DNA of 63,994 nt, filler included, from Octopus bimaculoides (lineage: Eukaryota), in the NCBI RefSeq assembly GCF_001194135.2. It is 8 parts of 7 records of this genome, joined end to end, with 100 filler letters (N's around TTAATTAATTAA, not from the genome) between each part and the next. Parts side by side here need not be neighbours in the genome. Positions count along the whole stretch, not along the records: positions 24,170 to 40,182 come from NC_068983.1; 7 more parts are not named here. One strand, given 5' to 3'. The position numbers and the translations under genes are program-made. Under the pieces are notes generated by a model. It was not told the origin of the DNA. It ran no database searches and was given only the letters and a program-made list of their open reading frames with translations. Each line of letters begins with the position of its first letter. The stretch's first letter is position 1. This document shows, in pieces, positions 24,216-35,904 of this stretch.

Positions 24216-25139
24216 GTATATATATATATGTATATATATATATGTATATATATATATGTATATATATATGTATATGTATATATATATGTATATATATATA
24301 TGTATATATATATGTATATATATATATGTATATATATATATGTATATATATATATGTATATGTATATATATATGTATATATATATGTATCCGTTTAGAGT
24401 TCTATGTGTGTGTGTACATGTGTATGTATACATACATACATACATACATACATACATAAAAAAGAGATAATAGCTATATCATATAAACTCGGTGAAAATG
24501 TCCGAAGTATGGCATTTCTCCAAGTTCTAGAAATGGAAACCATCACTGATTAAAACCTATAATATTTTTTTTTATTCAAAACGAATTTCATAAATATTCA
24601 TAAAATATATTTATGAATATAAACTATTCAAAGGGCATTTGCTCTATTATTTTTTATCACTGAAACAAGAATAATTTTGTTTTGTGTCATCTACTTTCAG
24701 AATTTATTGTAGCGCGTGGCCAGTTGGTCAGGTAACTGCGTTGTTGATCATAAGCTCGAAGTTTGATATGTCAGTGAAGTTGTTGATCTTAAGGTCGTGA
24801 ATGTACGATGATTGTCATTGATATTTAATCTTGTAATCGTTAGAACGCCGGGCAAAATGCTTAGCAGTGTTTCGACCGGCTTTCTCTTCTGAGTTTAGAT
24901 TCCGCTAAGGAAAGCGCGTTGTATACTTGGGGGCAAACCGCTTTACCTTCTGTTGTTCCAGTTCACTCAACTGACAAAAATTAGTGTTATAAATGGTTGG
25001 TGCCCTGTTAGAATGGCAGCGTAAATGAATCAGTGGCATGACCCAAAACCTTCAGACAAAGAAATGGATACGTCCAGCAACAGTAGGGTGTTGCTATATC
25101 TTGTTTTTATTCTCCCAGTAGTTTTTAAAGAGAAAATTA

Positions 25140-25695
25140 GGATCTTTTTTTTAAAACGGGGGCCACATTTTTCATTAACGAAACACTTTGAAACTTGGAA
25201 CACTGGTAGAATGTGTCATATAAAACATCTTTTTCTCTTAGTCTTCTTAAAAAAAAAAAGAAATCCATAAATTATTCCATGTTAAAGTTGTCGTATTTCT
25301 GTAATTTCAACCAATCACTGACGTCCATTCAGCCGATATACATTAAGTGCCGACTACATAAACAAACGATTCTGAAACAATTAAACCTAACTCTAACCCT
25401 AACCCTTACCCTAGGGTTAGGGTTAAAGCAAATAAAACGAAGGTATGGAGATTAAATACGCTTTACATCGCTTAATCAGCCAAGGAGTAAATGTAAACAA
25501 CTGAATACTTGTCAGTGATTGGTTGAAATTATCGAAATAAGACAATTTTTTACATGAAATAAATTCGAATACAAAAATATTTTTCTGTTCTATAACACAA
25601 AATAGATAAGTATACGAAGTTTGAAAGTCTTTCGGTACCAAAAACACTACGTAAAACATTAATGAAAAATGTGGCCCCCGTTTAAAAAAAGATCC
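25140..25695 (+). mobile_element. Complete GGATC-ended MITE with 8-bp TSD and a central (TAACCC)/(GGGTTA) palindrome
   Basis: TIRs GGATCTTTTTTTTAAAACGGGGGCCACATTTTTCATTAA. TSD GAAAATTA at 25132-25139 and 25696-25703. Confidence 0.9.
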
Positions 25696-25729
25696 GAAAA
25701 TTAAACTTAAACTGTGATCATTATTTCAG

Positions 25730-25811
25730 GAAAAGAAAGATTGGAATACAGCCAGTTATATAGACAGTTGGAAGCGGGACATTTCCAGCGGCGGTTCAGA
25801 CAGAAAGACAG
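25730..25811 (+). CDS. Calpain-like domain III exon 1 (EKKDWNTASYIDSWKRDISSGGSDRKT)
   Basis: Acceptor ttatttcag, donor ACAG|gtaata, phase 0-1. Aligns with the calpain W....F.G.W..G.TAGGC motif. Confidence 0.8.
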
Positions 25812-26104
25812 GTAATAATCGTTTCTACTATAGGCACAAAAGCTGAAATTTGGTGGAGGGGGTAAGTCGATTACATCGACCTAAGTACTCAGCTGGTACT
25901 TATTTTATCGACCCCGAAAGGATGAAAAGAAAAGTCGACCTCGGCGGAATTTGAACTCAGAACCCGAAGACAGACGAAATACCTCCAAGCATTTTGCCTG
26001 GCGTACTAACGATTCTGCCAGCTTGCTGCCTTCCTGAAAGGCAGACGTGAGATTATACTTAAACCTCTACTCAACCTTAAATCCCGTAACAAAATTAACA
26101 AAAT

Positions 26105-26590
26105 GGATTTTCTTTTGCTTTTTCGGACAAATTGACCTTTCCTCATCATATAAGACTTATATCTGATGTCTTTGTGGACGACATTTCTAACTGTTCCTTC
26201 TAACACATGGAAATTTTTTGCAATTGACCTCATGGATTTCTGGAATTGTAATCAATGGTCTGTTGAACTTGCTGGATAAATTCAGGTGTTCTGATGATTT
26301 CAGAGCGTTTAGGATGCTTTTTTATGCTTTGATACTAATGACACGTTTCCATCTTCAGTCTCTAGCTCCTTACAAACTTTGTAGACGAAAGATCTGGCAA
26401 CTTATAAAACTCGAGATATTTCTAAATCACTATGCTCAGCCTTTATAATCCCAATAATAGCATGCCTCTTCATTTCTTGAGTAAGCTGAGGGTCTGCCAT
26501 TATTCTTTTCTGAAACAAAAAGTATACTGAGTTAGCGAAAAATGCAGCAATGACCCCAAAGAGGTATGGCCTCAAATACCTTATATACAC
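26105..26590 (-). mobile_element. Tc1/mariner (DD37D/maT-like) transposase N-terminal remnant
   Basis: MADPQLTQEMKRHAIIGIIKAEHSDLEISRVL*VARSFVYKVCKEL...IRTPEFIQQVQQTID...SMRSIAKNFHVLEGTVRNVVHKDIRYKSY. Confidence 0.75.
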
Positions 26591-28124
26591 ACACACGAAC
26601 ATCTCTCTCTTCCCCTATCAAGCTAGCCAGCTCGTAGCAGTAAGCATAATTTCTATTCTGTTTTGGTATTTCTTACCATAATACGAAAATACAATTCGTA
26701 CTTATTTTATTGATATGCAGGGATAATATGCTAAATGGCTATGAAAAGTGGCTTGCTTGAAGGACAAAATTGAGCTTGGTCATCCAAAGTAATCAGTTTG
26801 ATTTTGCAACTATGTTTCATTATAAATATTTACAGTGTGGCCTCTCTGAACTAACAGAGAAATAGAAAACGAACAATATTCTTGAATTGATTATTGGTTT
26901 TGAACGTATTAATATTAATCAATAACACATTTCTCGTTTAATTGATTTCTGATATTTTTCACGCTGAAACTTTTCATGGATCTTTACCGCAAAAATTATT
27001 GATTAATACCGAGGTGGGAAATTGTTTTTATGTGTATTCTTCTACTGGTTTTAGTTATAGGATTGCTGGGGTACCTCATTCGAAAGTTTAGACGATCAAA
27101 CCAACCCCTCTACTTATTTTTAAGCTTGTCATTTATTTTATCATTCTTTGTATGTTGAATTACTACGTTATGTACAGAAATACAAACATATGCAGACATA
27201 TGCATGCGATAGGTGTCCGAACAGTTTCCGTCACCCAAATTTCTCTTACATAGTATTGGTTTACGCGTGGTTATAGAAAATACTTCCAAAGTTGCCACGC
27301 AATGAAACAGAACCCGAATCCATTAATTGCGAAGCAAGCTTCTTAACCATACAGCCATTTTTGCACTGATAGAACAACTATAAATTGAGTAATAATTCTG
27401 CGCAGATTTTCGAACCTCGTCTAAATTAAAGAGAATTCAAGCAACAGTTCTTTTAGCGAAAGAGAAATTCCAGTTTCTTGTGGTTGAATAGATCTGGTCA
27501 TCTTTCTCTCGGAACAGACTTTCAATTGTGAGTGATTTCTGCCTTGAGTTATGATTACAACAGAGAATAGGTCGGTCAGTATGTTGGTTTTCAAACTAAA
27601 ACCTGGAGATGGTACCTAACAAGTTTCATGCAGGATTTCATTAGTTCGTCTAAATCTAACGAATAAAATTTAATGAGTAGGACGAAAGTGATTTCTTTAA
27701 GTAACAGTATCGCCGTAATGCCATCATATAGACTCACATTATATACTCACATGAAGGCATAAAGCTGGCAGGATCGTCAGCACGCCAGACAAAATGCTTA
27801 GCAGAATTTCATCCGGGTTTTACGTTCTGAATTCAAATGTCCTCGAGATCGACTTTGCTTTTCATCCTTTCGAGGTCGATAAAATAAAGTACCAATTCAA
27901 GTACTGGGGTCGATGTAATGGACTTGCCCCTCCCCTAAAAATTGTTAGCCTTCTGCAAACATTTGAAAAAATCATAGACTCACATTTCTTGTACTTCTAT
28001 GAAGGGCCTTTGTGCTTGAAATATATGAAGGTTATTAAATTTTTCTTTTACTCGTTGTAAGCACCTTTCCGTGTTCACTATTTTGTTATTTTAGTTCTTT
28101 ATCCCAATGTTCCAATGAAGTTAC

Positions 28125-28236
<112 letters not shown>

Positions 28237-28284
28237 TTAGATGGACAGATAAATTATAGATATGTATACAAAATGCTTTTACAA

Positions 28285-28530
28285 AATAAAACGAAACTGA
28301 AAATAACGGTATATGCGTAGTCTGAATGGCCACCACGACCGATTTTCAACCACCCTATAGTTGCTCCAGTTATTACACACAGGTGTATTTCACAGTTACA
28401 ACACATGGTCAAGTTACTTGTCAGACAATTAAAACTCCAAGTAAAACTGGAGCAACTATAGGGTGGTTGAAAATCGGTCGTGGTGCCATTCAGATTATGC
28501 ATTTACCGTTATTTTCAGTTTCGTTTTATT
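28285..28530. mobile_element. Short fold-back (MITE-like), arms about 87 bp
   Basis: AATAAAACGAAACTG...GTTGCTCCAGTT versus AACTGGAGCAAC...CAGTTTCGTTTTATT. Confidence 0.8.
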
Positions 28531-28633
28531 CTACACTTTTATCTTACTAGCGTCATATACTCTTTTCATTTTGTATTGCAATCCTACTAATTTTTTTAAT
28601 TCTCACAATACTCTTTATTTTTTTCTTTCGAAG

Positions 28634-28773
28634 AGTCTTACTGGTCCAATCCCCAGTTTCTGCTTGACTTGGAGGATGAGAAGGACGAAACTCCAGTCAT
28701 CATCTCCCTTATGGAAATAATGGAGAAGAATCGGAACCGCATGGATATTTTCATTGGATTTGATGTTCACCGG
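28634..28773 (+). CDS. Calpain-like domain III exon 2 ((E)SYWSNPQFLLDLEDEKDETPVIISLMEIMEKNRNRMDIFIGFDVHR)
   Basis: Acceptor ttttctttcgaag, donor CGG|gtatgt, phase 1-0. Contains the NPQF, IISLM and IGF motifs of calpain domain III. Confidence 0.9.
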
Positions 28774-29082
28774 GTATGTTTCTTTCATTTTACTAATTTT
28801 TTCGTGTATTTTAACGAAGATTTTTTCCCGACGTGCTAACGATTTTTACCAGTTCGCCGACTTTATAACAATCCTTTCTATTATTGGCGCAAGGCCTGAA
28901 TTTTTTGTGGGTGTTGGGGTGTTAAGTCGATTACATCGATCCCAGAATTTCACTGGTATCTATTTTATCGACTCCAAAAAGATGAAGAGCAAAATCGAAC
29001 TCAGAACATAAAGATAGATGAAATGCAACTAAGCATTTTGTCCGATGTACTGACGATTCTGCATGCTTGCTGCCATAATTAC

Positions 29083-29113
<31 letters not shown>

Positions 29114-29854
29114 GTTTCAAATTTTGGCTCAAGGCCAGTAAGGTCAGGGGTGAGGAGGTAAGCCGACTACATCGACTCCAGTGCTCAAATGGTACTTATT
29201 TTATCGACTTCGAAAAGATGAAAGGCAAAGGAACTCGGTAGAATTTGAACTTTGAGCGTAAAGACACGAAATGCCGCGTACTGACGATTTTGCCTGCTCG
29301 CCGCCACAGCTACTATAATAATAATAATAATAATAATAATAACATGAGCACTGAGAGAGCGCAAACCTCTGCCAAGGCAACACCAACGTCCTTATTTCTT
29401 TAATTAGGCCCAAGGCCTCAAAATAGAAGGGACAACACAAAAGACAGACAAAACAATGCATGGGGTACATAAAAACATGTAACGAATTAATTATGAATAT
29501 AAATGAAATGGTTTTTCTACTCACCAAAGCAGGTAGTTCCATTTTACTGTTTTTAAATAAAGTGTTCTCCTTTAATTCGATTTCTTGGACCTGCAGTACC
29601 TCTACTGAGCACGCGCGCGCGCGCACACACACGCACGCTCACACACACGTACGCTCGCACGCACGCACAACGAGCTTCCAAAAAGTTTCTGTAACCTAAA
29701 TTAACTAGTAAGGAATTGGTTGGCCCAGGCTATCGTAGAAGACATCCGTCTATGTTCCCGCACAATGGATCTGAAACTGAAATTTGAAATAATGTGGTTG
29801 CGAAGAGAAATTCTTCACTAGACAATCATGCCTGCATTTTAAATACTCTTGTTG

Positions 29855-30212
29855 GCACTCCGTCGCTTACGACGTCGAGGGTTCCAGTTGATCCGATCAA
29901 CGGAACAGCCTGCTCGTGAAGTTAACGTGCAAGTGGCTGAGCACTCCACAGACACGTGTACCCTTAACGTAGTTCTCGGGGATATTCAGCGTGACACAGT
30001 GTGACAAGGCTGACCCTTTGAATTACAGGCACAACAGAAAAAAGTTGTGGTGGAAGAGTACAGCAGGGTTCACCACAATCCCCTGCCGGAGCCTCGTGGT
30101 GCTTTAGATGTTTTCACTCAATAAACACCCACAACGCCCGGTCTGGGAATCGAAACCGCGATCCTATGACCGCGAGTCCGCTGCCCTAAACACTGGGCCG
30201 TTCGGCCTCCAC
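29855..30212 (-). mobile_element. tRNA-Arg-like SINE family C
   Basis: The - strand head reads GTGGAGG...GGCCCAGTG..TAGGGCAGCGGACTCGCGGTCATAGGATCGCGGTTTCGATTCCCAGACC. Related body segments at about 14060-14155, 41270-41365 and 41570-41890. Confidence 0.8.
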
Positions 30213-30624
30213 TATTTTAAATAAATAAATGGATTAAATATACTTAAGTGTACTTAAATATTACATATTCGCAGTTTGGCTGTGTGGTAAAAAGCTTGCT
30301 TCTCAACCATATGATTCCGGGTTCAGTCCCACTGCGTGTCACCTTGAGCAAGTATCATCTACTAAACCCTCGGGCCGATTAAAGCCTTGTAACGGAAAGT
30401 GAAAGAAGCCTGTCGTATATGTATGTGCGTGTGTGCCCGTGTGTTTGTCCCCCGCCACCGTTTGACAACCAGTGTTGGGGTGTTTATGTCCCGGAGATAA
30501 CAGGCTTTAAGAAAATAAGTACCGGGGCGATTCGTTCGACTAAAATTCTTCAAGGCTGTGCCCCAGCATGACCGCAGTCTAATGACTGAAACAAAATAAA
30601 AATGTAGATGTATTTTCATTTCAG

Positions 30625-30839
30625 ATTAAGAAAAACGCCCCACAACCTCTTAGTGATGATAATTTCAGCGATGAGTCTCTGAGATTCGAATGTAGAGCCG
30701 AAGAAACAGAATGGCGCGAAAATACGAAATATCTTACTCTGAAGCCAGGAAAATACGTCATCATACCCTTTACACAGGTGAAAGACAAAGAGTCTCGTTT
30801 TCTCTTGCGGGTTTTCTCTCAAACCAAAGTGCTTTCAAG
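30625..30839 (+). CDS. Calpain-like domain III exon 3 (IKKNAPQPLSDDNF...RENTKYLTLKPGKYVIIPFTQVKDKESRFLLRVFSQTKVLS)
   Basis: Acceptor ttttcatttcag, donor AAG|gtcagt, phase 0-2. Matches the calpain RE......L.PG.YVI+P.T.......FLLRVFS motif. Confidence 0.92.
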
Positions 30840-31335
30840 GTCAGTCAAACATTTTTCTTTTAAGTTACAGTGTAAGGTACAGTAGTAGGCCGTCACTTTT
30901 GTAAGTGAGCATGGCTTGGTTACATGTACCATCTTTTACTTGTGTCAGTCATTAGGCTGCAGCTATGCTGGGGTACCACTGTCAAGAATTTTCAGTTGGA
31001 CGAATCAACCTCAGTACTTATTTTTGTTAAATCTGGTATTCTATCGGTCTCTTTTTGCTGAGCCGCTAAGTTACGTGGACGTAAACACACTAACACCGGT
31101 TAACAAGCGGTGGTAGGAAACGAATACAAAGACACACACACACATATACGATGGGGTTCTTTCAGTTTCCGTCTATGAAATCCACTTACAGCTCGAGGCT
31201 ATAGTAGAAGACACTTGCTGAAGCTGCCACACAGTGAGAATGAACCCAGAGCCATGTGGATGGAAAGCAAGCTTCTTATCATGCAGTCACTCCTGCGCCT
31301 ACAGAGCCATGCTTGTTTTTGTTAATTGTTTTTAG

Positions 31336-31447
31336 ATGCCTGTCTAATTACGAACAGACGTCAACATCTCAGCTCGGCTCCCTTACTTTGATCATCGAGG
31401 ATACAATAGCTGGAGGGAAGAGAAGTACCAGCTTGGTACTGTACTAG
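31336..31447 (+). CDS. Possible next or terminal calpain-like exon ((R)CLSNYEQTSTSQLGSLTLIIEDTIAGGKRSTSLVLY*)
   Basis: Acceptor ttgtttttag, phase 2 compatible, open to TAG at 31445-31447. No homology recognised. Confidence 0.35.
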
Positions 31448-32623
31448 TACCAAGCTGGTACCTATTACAATTGAGTAGACTGAAATGAAGTGTCTTTCTC
31501 AAGGACACAACGACCTTGTGATCATGAGCCAATCGAGAAAGAAAAAAATTCTAATTGTTAGGTTCAGACATGGGTGTGTGGTTAAGAAACTTGCTTTGCA
31601 ACCACATGATTTTAGATTTCAGTCCCACTGCGTGGCACCTTATAGCTCCGGGCCAACCATTGCCTTTGTGAGTGAATTTGGTCGACGGAAATTGTGTGGA
31701 GAGCCCGTCGTCTGTGTGTATATATATATGTATGAGCACGCGGTTTTGTGTTTGTGTTTGTATTTGTTTCCTCACCACACTACTTGACAACCGGTGTACA
31801 TCTCCTTAACTTAGCAGTTAGGAAAAAGGGACCGGTAAAATAAGTACCAGACTTTAAAAAAATATAAATACTGGGTCCTATTTGTTCGACTAACCCCATC
31901 AAGGCGCTGTCGTGGTATGCAATACTAGTGAGGGCGCGTAGCCTAATGCTTAGGGTATTTACTCACGATCACCGGTTCGTGGTTTCGATCCCCGGACCGG
32001 TTGTGTTCTTAAGCAAAGTACTTCATTTCACGTTGCTCTGTAATAATCACTTCGACATCTGACGTGTGGCACACCACGCACCTGTACAGGCAATGTCAAT
32101 TTGATGGAAAGACTGTGTGCTAATGTACAACACAAACATTTGATTACTATAAACAAATCATATTTGCACGTTGTTCAACAAAAAATTGCGGAATCGTCTT
32201 TCACGGACTCGAGAGACTGCGAACAATACTAATATACTAAAAGTGATGGATGGATGGTAGAATCGGTAGGCATGGTGTTGGTTTACTTCGAACATTTATA
32301 AAAATAAAAGTAAAAAGTTAGGAATAATTTTCTAAATCTAATCTGCATTTGTTTATTACCAAAATTTAGTAAGTAACAAAACATTATATGCACGGTGAAC
32401 AGTGAGATTCAAAATGATACTTGCATATTTATTCTTAATACGTTCCAACAGATTCAAACGTGAATATACTTATAGCTTCATTTACATTATTTACATATGC
32501 TAGGACACAACAACCTCCTAAGCAGACCGAGTGCAGATATGAGCAGCATATGGGAACCAGTATTAAGGAAGGATAGAAAAATATTAGATTTATAAGCCCT
32601 AAAATTCATTCCATAATTACCCG

Positions 32624-32870
32624 CGGTTAAAAGCGTGGGCTACTAACCCCAAGATTCCGAGTTCAATTCCAAGCAGTGGCCTGAATAATAATAGTAACAT
32701 CGAAAAATACCTTAGGAATGAGAACCCAGGTTCGAAATATTCCCAAGACACCTGAAGAAGGCTGGAGGGTATATCAGCCGAAACATTGTGTTAACAACAA
32801 ACAAGATGAGGACAAATATCTGTCAAATGTAAATAATGTACGTAATTCCTCATCTCTTAAATGTAGAACT
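32624..32870 (+). mobile_element. Second copy of the tRNA-headed HHR element (H1)
   Basis: B box GAGTTCAATTCC at 32659-32670. Body colinear with 18900-19150, with a full tail ending TAGAACT. Confidence 0.8.
32747..32792 (+). ncRNA. Minimal type I hammerhead motif (G16.2>A mutated)
   Basis: GACAC-CUGAAGA-A-GGCUG(GAGGGUAUAU)CAGCC-GAAAC-AUU|GUGUU, with a perfect 5-bp stem II. Confidence 0.6.
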
Positions 32871-33574
32871 GTATTATACTAATCGCTGTTGTGTTCGTCA
32901 CAGGAGATCAATTTTTCCTTTATGACGAATATGTCTTCATAATATATTCGGTTTATTAATGAAAAGGATTTTGGAAACCCAGTGTTTCAACATGAGTCTT
33001 ATCAGCAAGAAGCGCCTCCGTAATAATGAATTTAATAAGAGCCGATGGTCATGTTTATAATTTCAGTGAACAAACTGACATCTGCCAACCGATAATAAAC
33101 AGCGAGTTTAGGCCCAAGTCAACCGCGAGCAAATATATGATCAAAAGCATTGTAACAATAAGAATAGCACCGTTTAATTTACGCATTATATATTTAATAC
33201 TATATTATCTTCCGTAGTAATTTTAAAAATACTTGGATATGAATTTTTGGCTGCTATATCTAAGATGACAAGCGTTCACTTGGACAAATTTCTCAAATAT
33301 TTAATAAATATGTAGTAGATAATTGCATTACTTTTATATTATTACATAAACCGAAGGCGGTGAGCTGGTACACAATTGTTAGGTTCAGACATGGGTGTGT
33401 GGTTAAGAAACTTGCTTTGCAACCACATGATTTTAGGTTTCAGTGCCACTGCGCGGCACCTTATAGCTCCGGGCCAACCATTGCCTTTGTGAGTGAATTT
33501 GGTCGACGGAAATAGCACGCCGGCCAAAATGTTTAGCGGCATTTCGTCCATCTTTACGTTCTGAATTCAAATTC

Positions 33575-34267
33575 GGATCTTTTTTAAAACGGGGGCCACA
33601 TTTTTCATTAACGAAACACTTTGAAACTTGGAACACTGGTAGAATGTGTCCTATAAAACATCTTTTTCTCTTAATCTTCTTTAAAAAAAAAGAAATCCAT
33701 AAGTTATTCCATGTTAAAGTTGTCGTATTTCTGTAATTTCAACCAATCACTGACAAGTATNNNNNNNNNNNNNNNNNNNNNNNNNNNNNNNNNNNNNNNN
33801 NNNNNNNNNNNNNNNNNNNNNNNNNNNNNNNNNNNNNNNNNNNNNNNNNNNNNNNNNNNNNNNNNNNNNNNNNNNNNNNNNNNNNNNNNNNNNNNNNNNN
33901 NNNNNNNNNNNNNNNNNNNNNNNNNNNNNNNNNNNNNNNNNNNNNNNNNNNNNNNNNNNNNNNNNNNNNNNNGTTAAAGCAAATTTAAAATGAAAAAAGC
34001 AAATAAAACGAAGGTATGGAGATTAAATACGCTTTACACCGCTTAATCAGCCAAAGGAGTAAATATAAGCAACTGAATACTTGTCAGTGATTGGTTGAAA
34101 TTATCGAAATAAGACAATTTTTTACATGAAATAAATTCGAATACAAAAATATTTTTCTGTTCTATAACACAAAATAGATAAGTATACGAAGTTTGAAAGT
34201 CTTTCGGTACCAAAAACACTACGTAAAACATTAATGAAAAATGTGGCCCCCGTTTTAAAATAGATCC
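33575..34267 (+). mobile_element. GGATC-MITE copy inserted into a SINE-A
   Basis: TSD TCAAATTC at 33567-33574 and 34268-34275. The centre is hidden by an N gap. Confidence 0.9.
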
Positions 34268-35639
34268 TCAAATTCCGCCGAGGTCCACTTTGCCTTTCAT
34301 TATTTCGGGGTCGATAAAATAAGTACCAGTTGAACACTGGGGGCGATGTAATCGACTTATCCCTTCACTCGAAATTGCTGACCTTGTGCCAAAAATTAAA
34401 ATCATTATTTTATATACCAAAAGGGAGAAAATCACTGCCATTGGAATACCTGACAAAGAATACCTTGAAGTACTTTGTTACGTCCCTTCCTTTCAGAGAT
34501 TAAATCCTGCTAACATCGAATTTACTGTTCATGCTTCCAGAATACTTGATTAGCTTGATTTCCATAATTTCTATGTCAAGTTCCCAGTGGAGTTGGATGG
34601 GTTAATCACGGTCGGAATTACTTCTCATTGGAAGCTAATGCTCTCGGAGACAGGAGCTCGTACATCTATTTAGCTTGGTTTCTACGAATGAATGTTCTTC
34701 GTATTGCCAATCACTTAAACCCACTTTACAGAGTGCATTGGTTACTCCAAACACTACATAAGATGAATAATCCTCGATAAGAGAGTTCACCGAAGACTTT
34801 TTGAAGTTTTCATCCATTGGTACCACGATAAAATGCACGCAGAACACTCTAATAGGGCCTGGCATCTTGTATAAGAAATCAGAATAAAAATACACTTAGT
34901 CTTGCATAAAGATCTTGTATCTATGATTTTACTTTCTTAATTACGTCATAATTTATCCAAAAGTTTATAAATTTAGGATGAAAATAATATTGTAAGTATA
35001 GGAGTTTAATGAAAGATACAGCGGTTCGACGAAAGACCTCTGTGTGCATTGTCTTATCTCCCCAAGAGATAGAAAAATCCTCTGTGGACACTGGATGTTA
35101 AAAACCTCGAAGGCCATAATGTATCGGCTGAAGTGATTCATGTCCTGTATACATACAGAAGACAAATTTTATGGCCACAATATTATTTTCTTGATAAGGC
35201 AGCGAGCAAGCAGAAACGTTAGTACGCTGGGCGAAATGCTTAGCGGTATTTCATCTGTTTTTACGTTTTGAATTCAAATTCCGCCGAGGTCGACTTTCAT
35301 CCTTTCGGAGTCGATAAATTAAGTACCAGCTGTGTACTGGGTCGATCTAATCGACTAGCCCCCCCCCCCACAGCCCAAAAAAATTCGGACCTTGTTCCTA
35401 GAGGAGAAAAGAATATTATTTTCTTGATCATTTTATAGTCTAGAGAGTGGTTCTACAAAGTTCAGGATATATTATTGGGAACGAGCAAGTATTGCATGTC
35501 CCCTATCCCAGCTTAAATTCAACACTACCAAGTAATGAAAAACTTGCCAATTGCACAATGCTCCAGCTATTGAATTTGTGAGCTATATTTCATATGTTAT
35601 CCTTTTTTATATCAATATATAAAGCCAATGTGGGAAATT

Positions 35640-35904
35640 GATTTGCTAGAAATAGTAGACAAATATCCTCCAAATCAATCCCTAGTATACCGAAAAGAAT
35701 ATTAATCCAAAGTAGATATGACTGAAGAATAAAGAAAGAAATAGAAAATATGGGATTGCCTGATGTGAATTTGTTCGAAACAATCTGGTGCTAGATTAAT
35801 AACAACAACGACACCAATCTCAACTTTATTCGAAGAGTTTCGTAAAATGCTACTTGCTTGATAGACTGGAAAAATACTTACTATATCTGGGTTAGGAAAA
35901 ACAG
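35640..35904 (+). pseudogene. Decayed EF-hand-like exon, possibly from the calpain penta-EF domain
   Basis: RIKKEIENMGLPDVNLFETIWC*INNNNDTNLNF, then a frameshift to FEEFRKMLL, giving an N-x-N-x-D-x-x-L-x-F-E-E-F EF-loop-like pattern. Ends at CAG|gcaagt. Confidence 0.45.

Noticed and set aside
24690-24735. Apparent 31-bp + strand exon upstream of calpain domain III
   Set aside because: It overlaps a degenerate tRNA-SINE head and has no calpain similarity.
26325-26350. CTGAAGA-TG-GAAACGT on the - strand
   Set aside because: There is no stem II, and it lies within mariner coding sequence.
30130-30212. tRNA genes (also 18878-18947, 24710-24780 and 31930-32000)
   Set aside because: They are SINE heads with broken acceptor stems, followed by repeat bodies.
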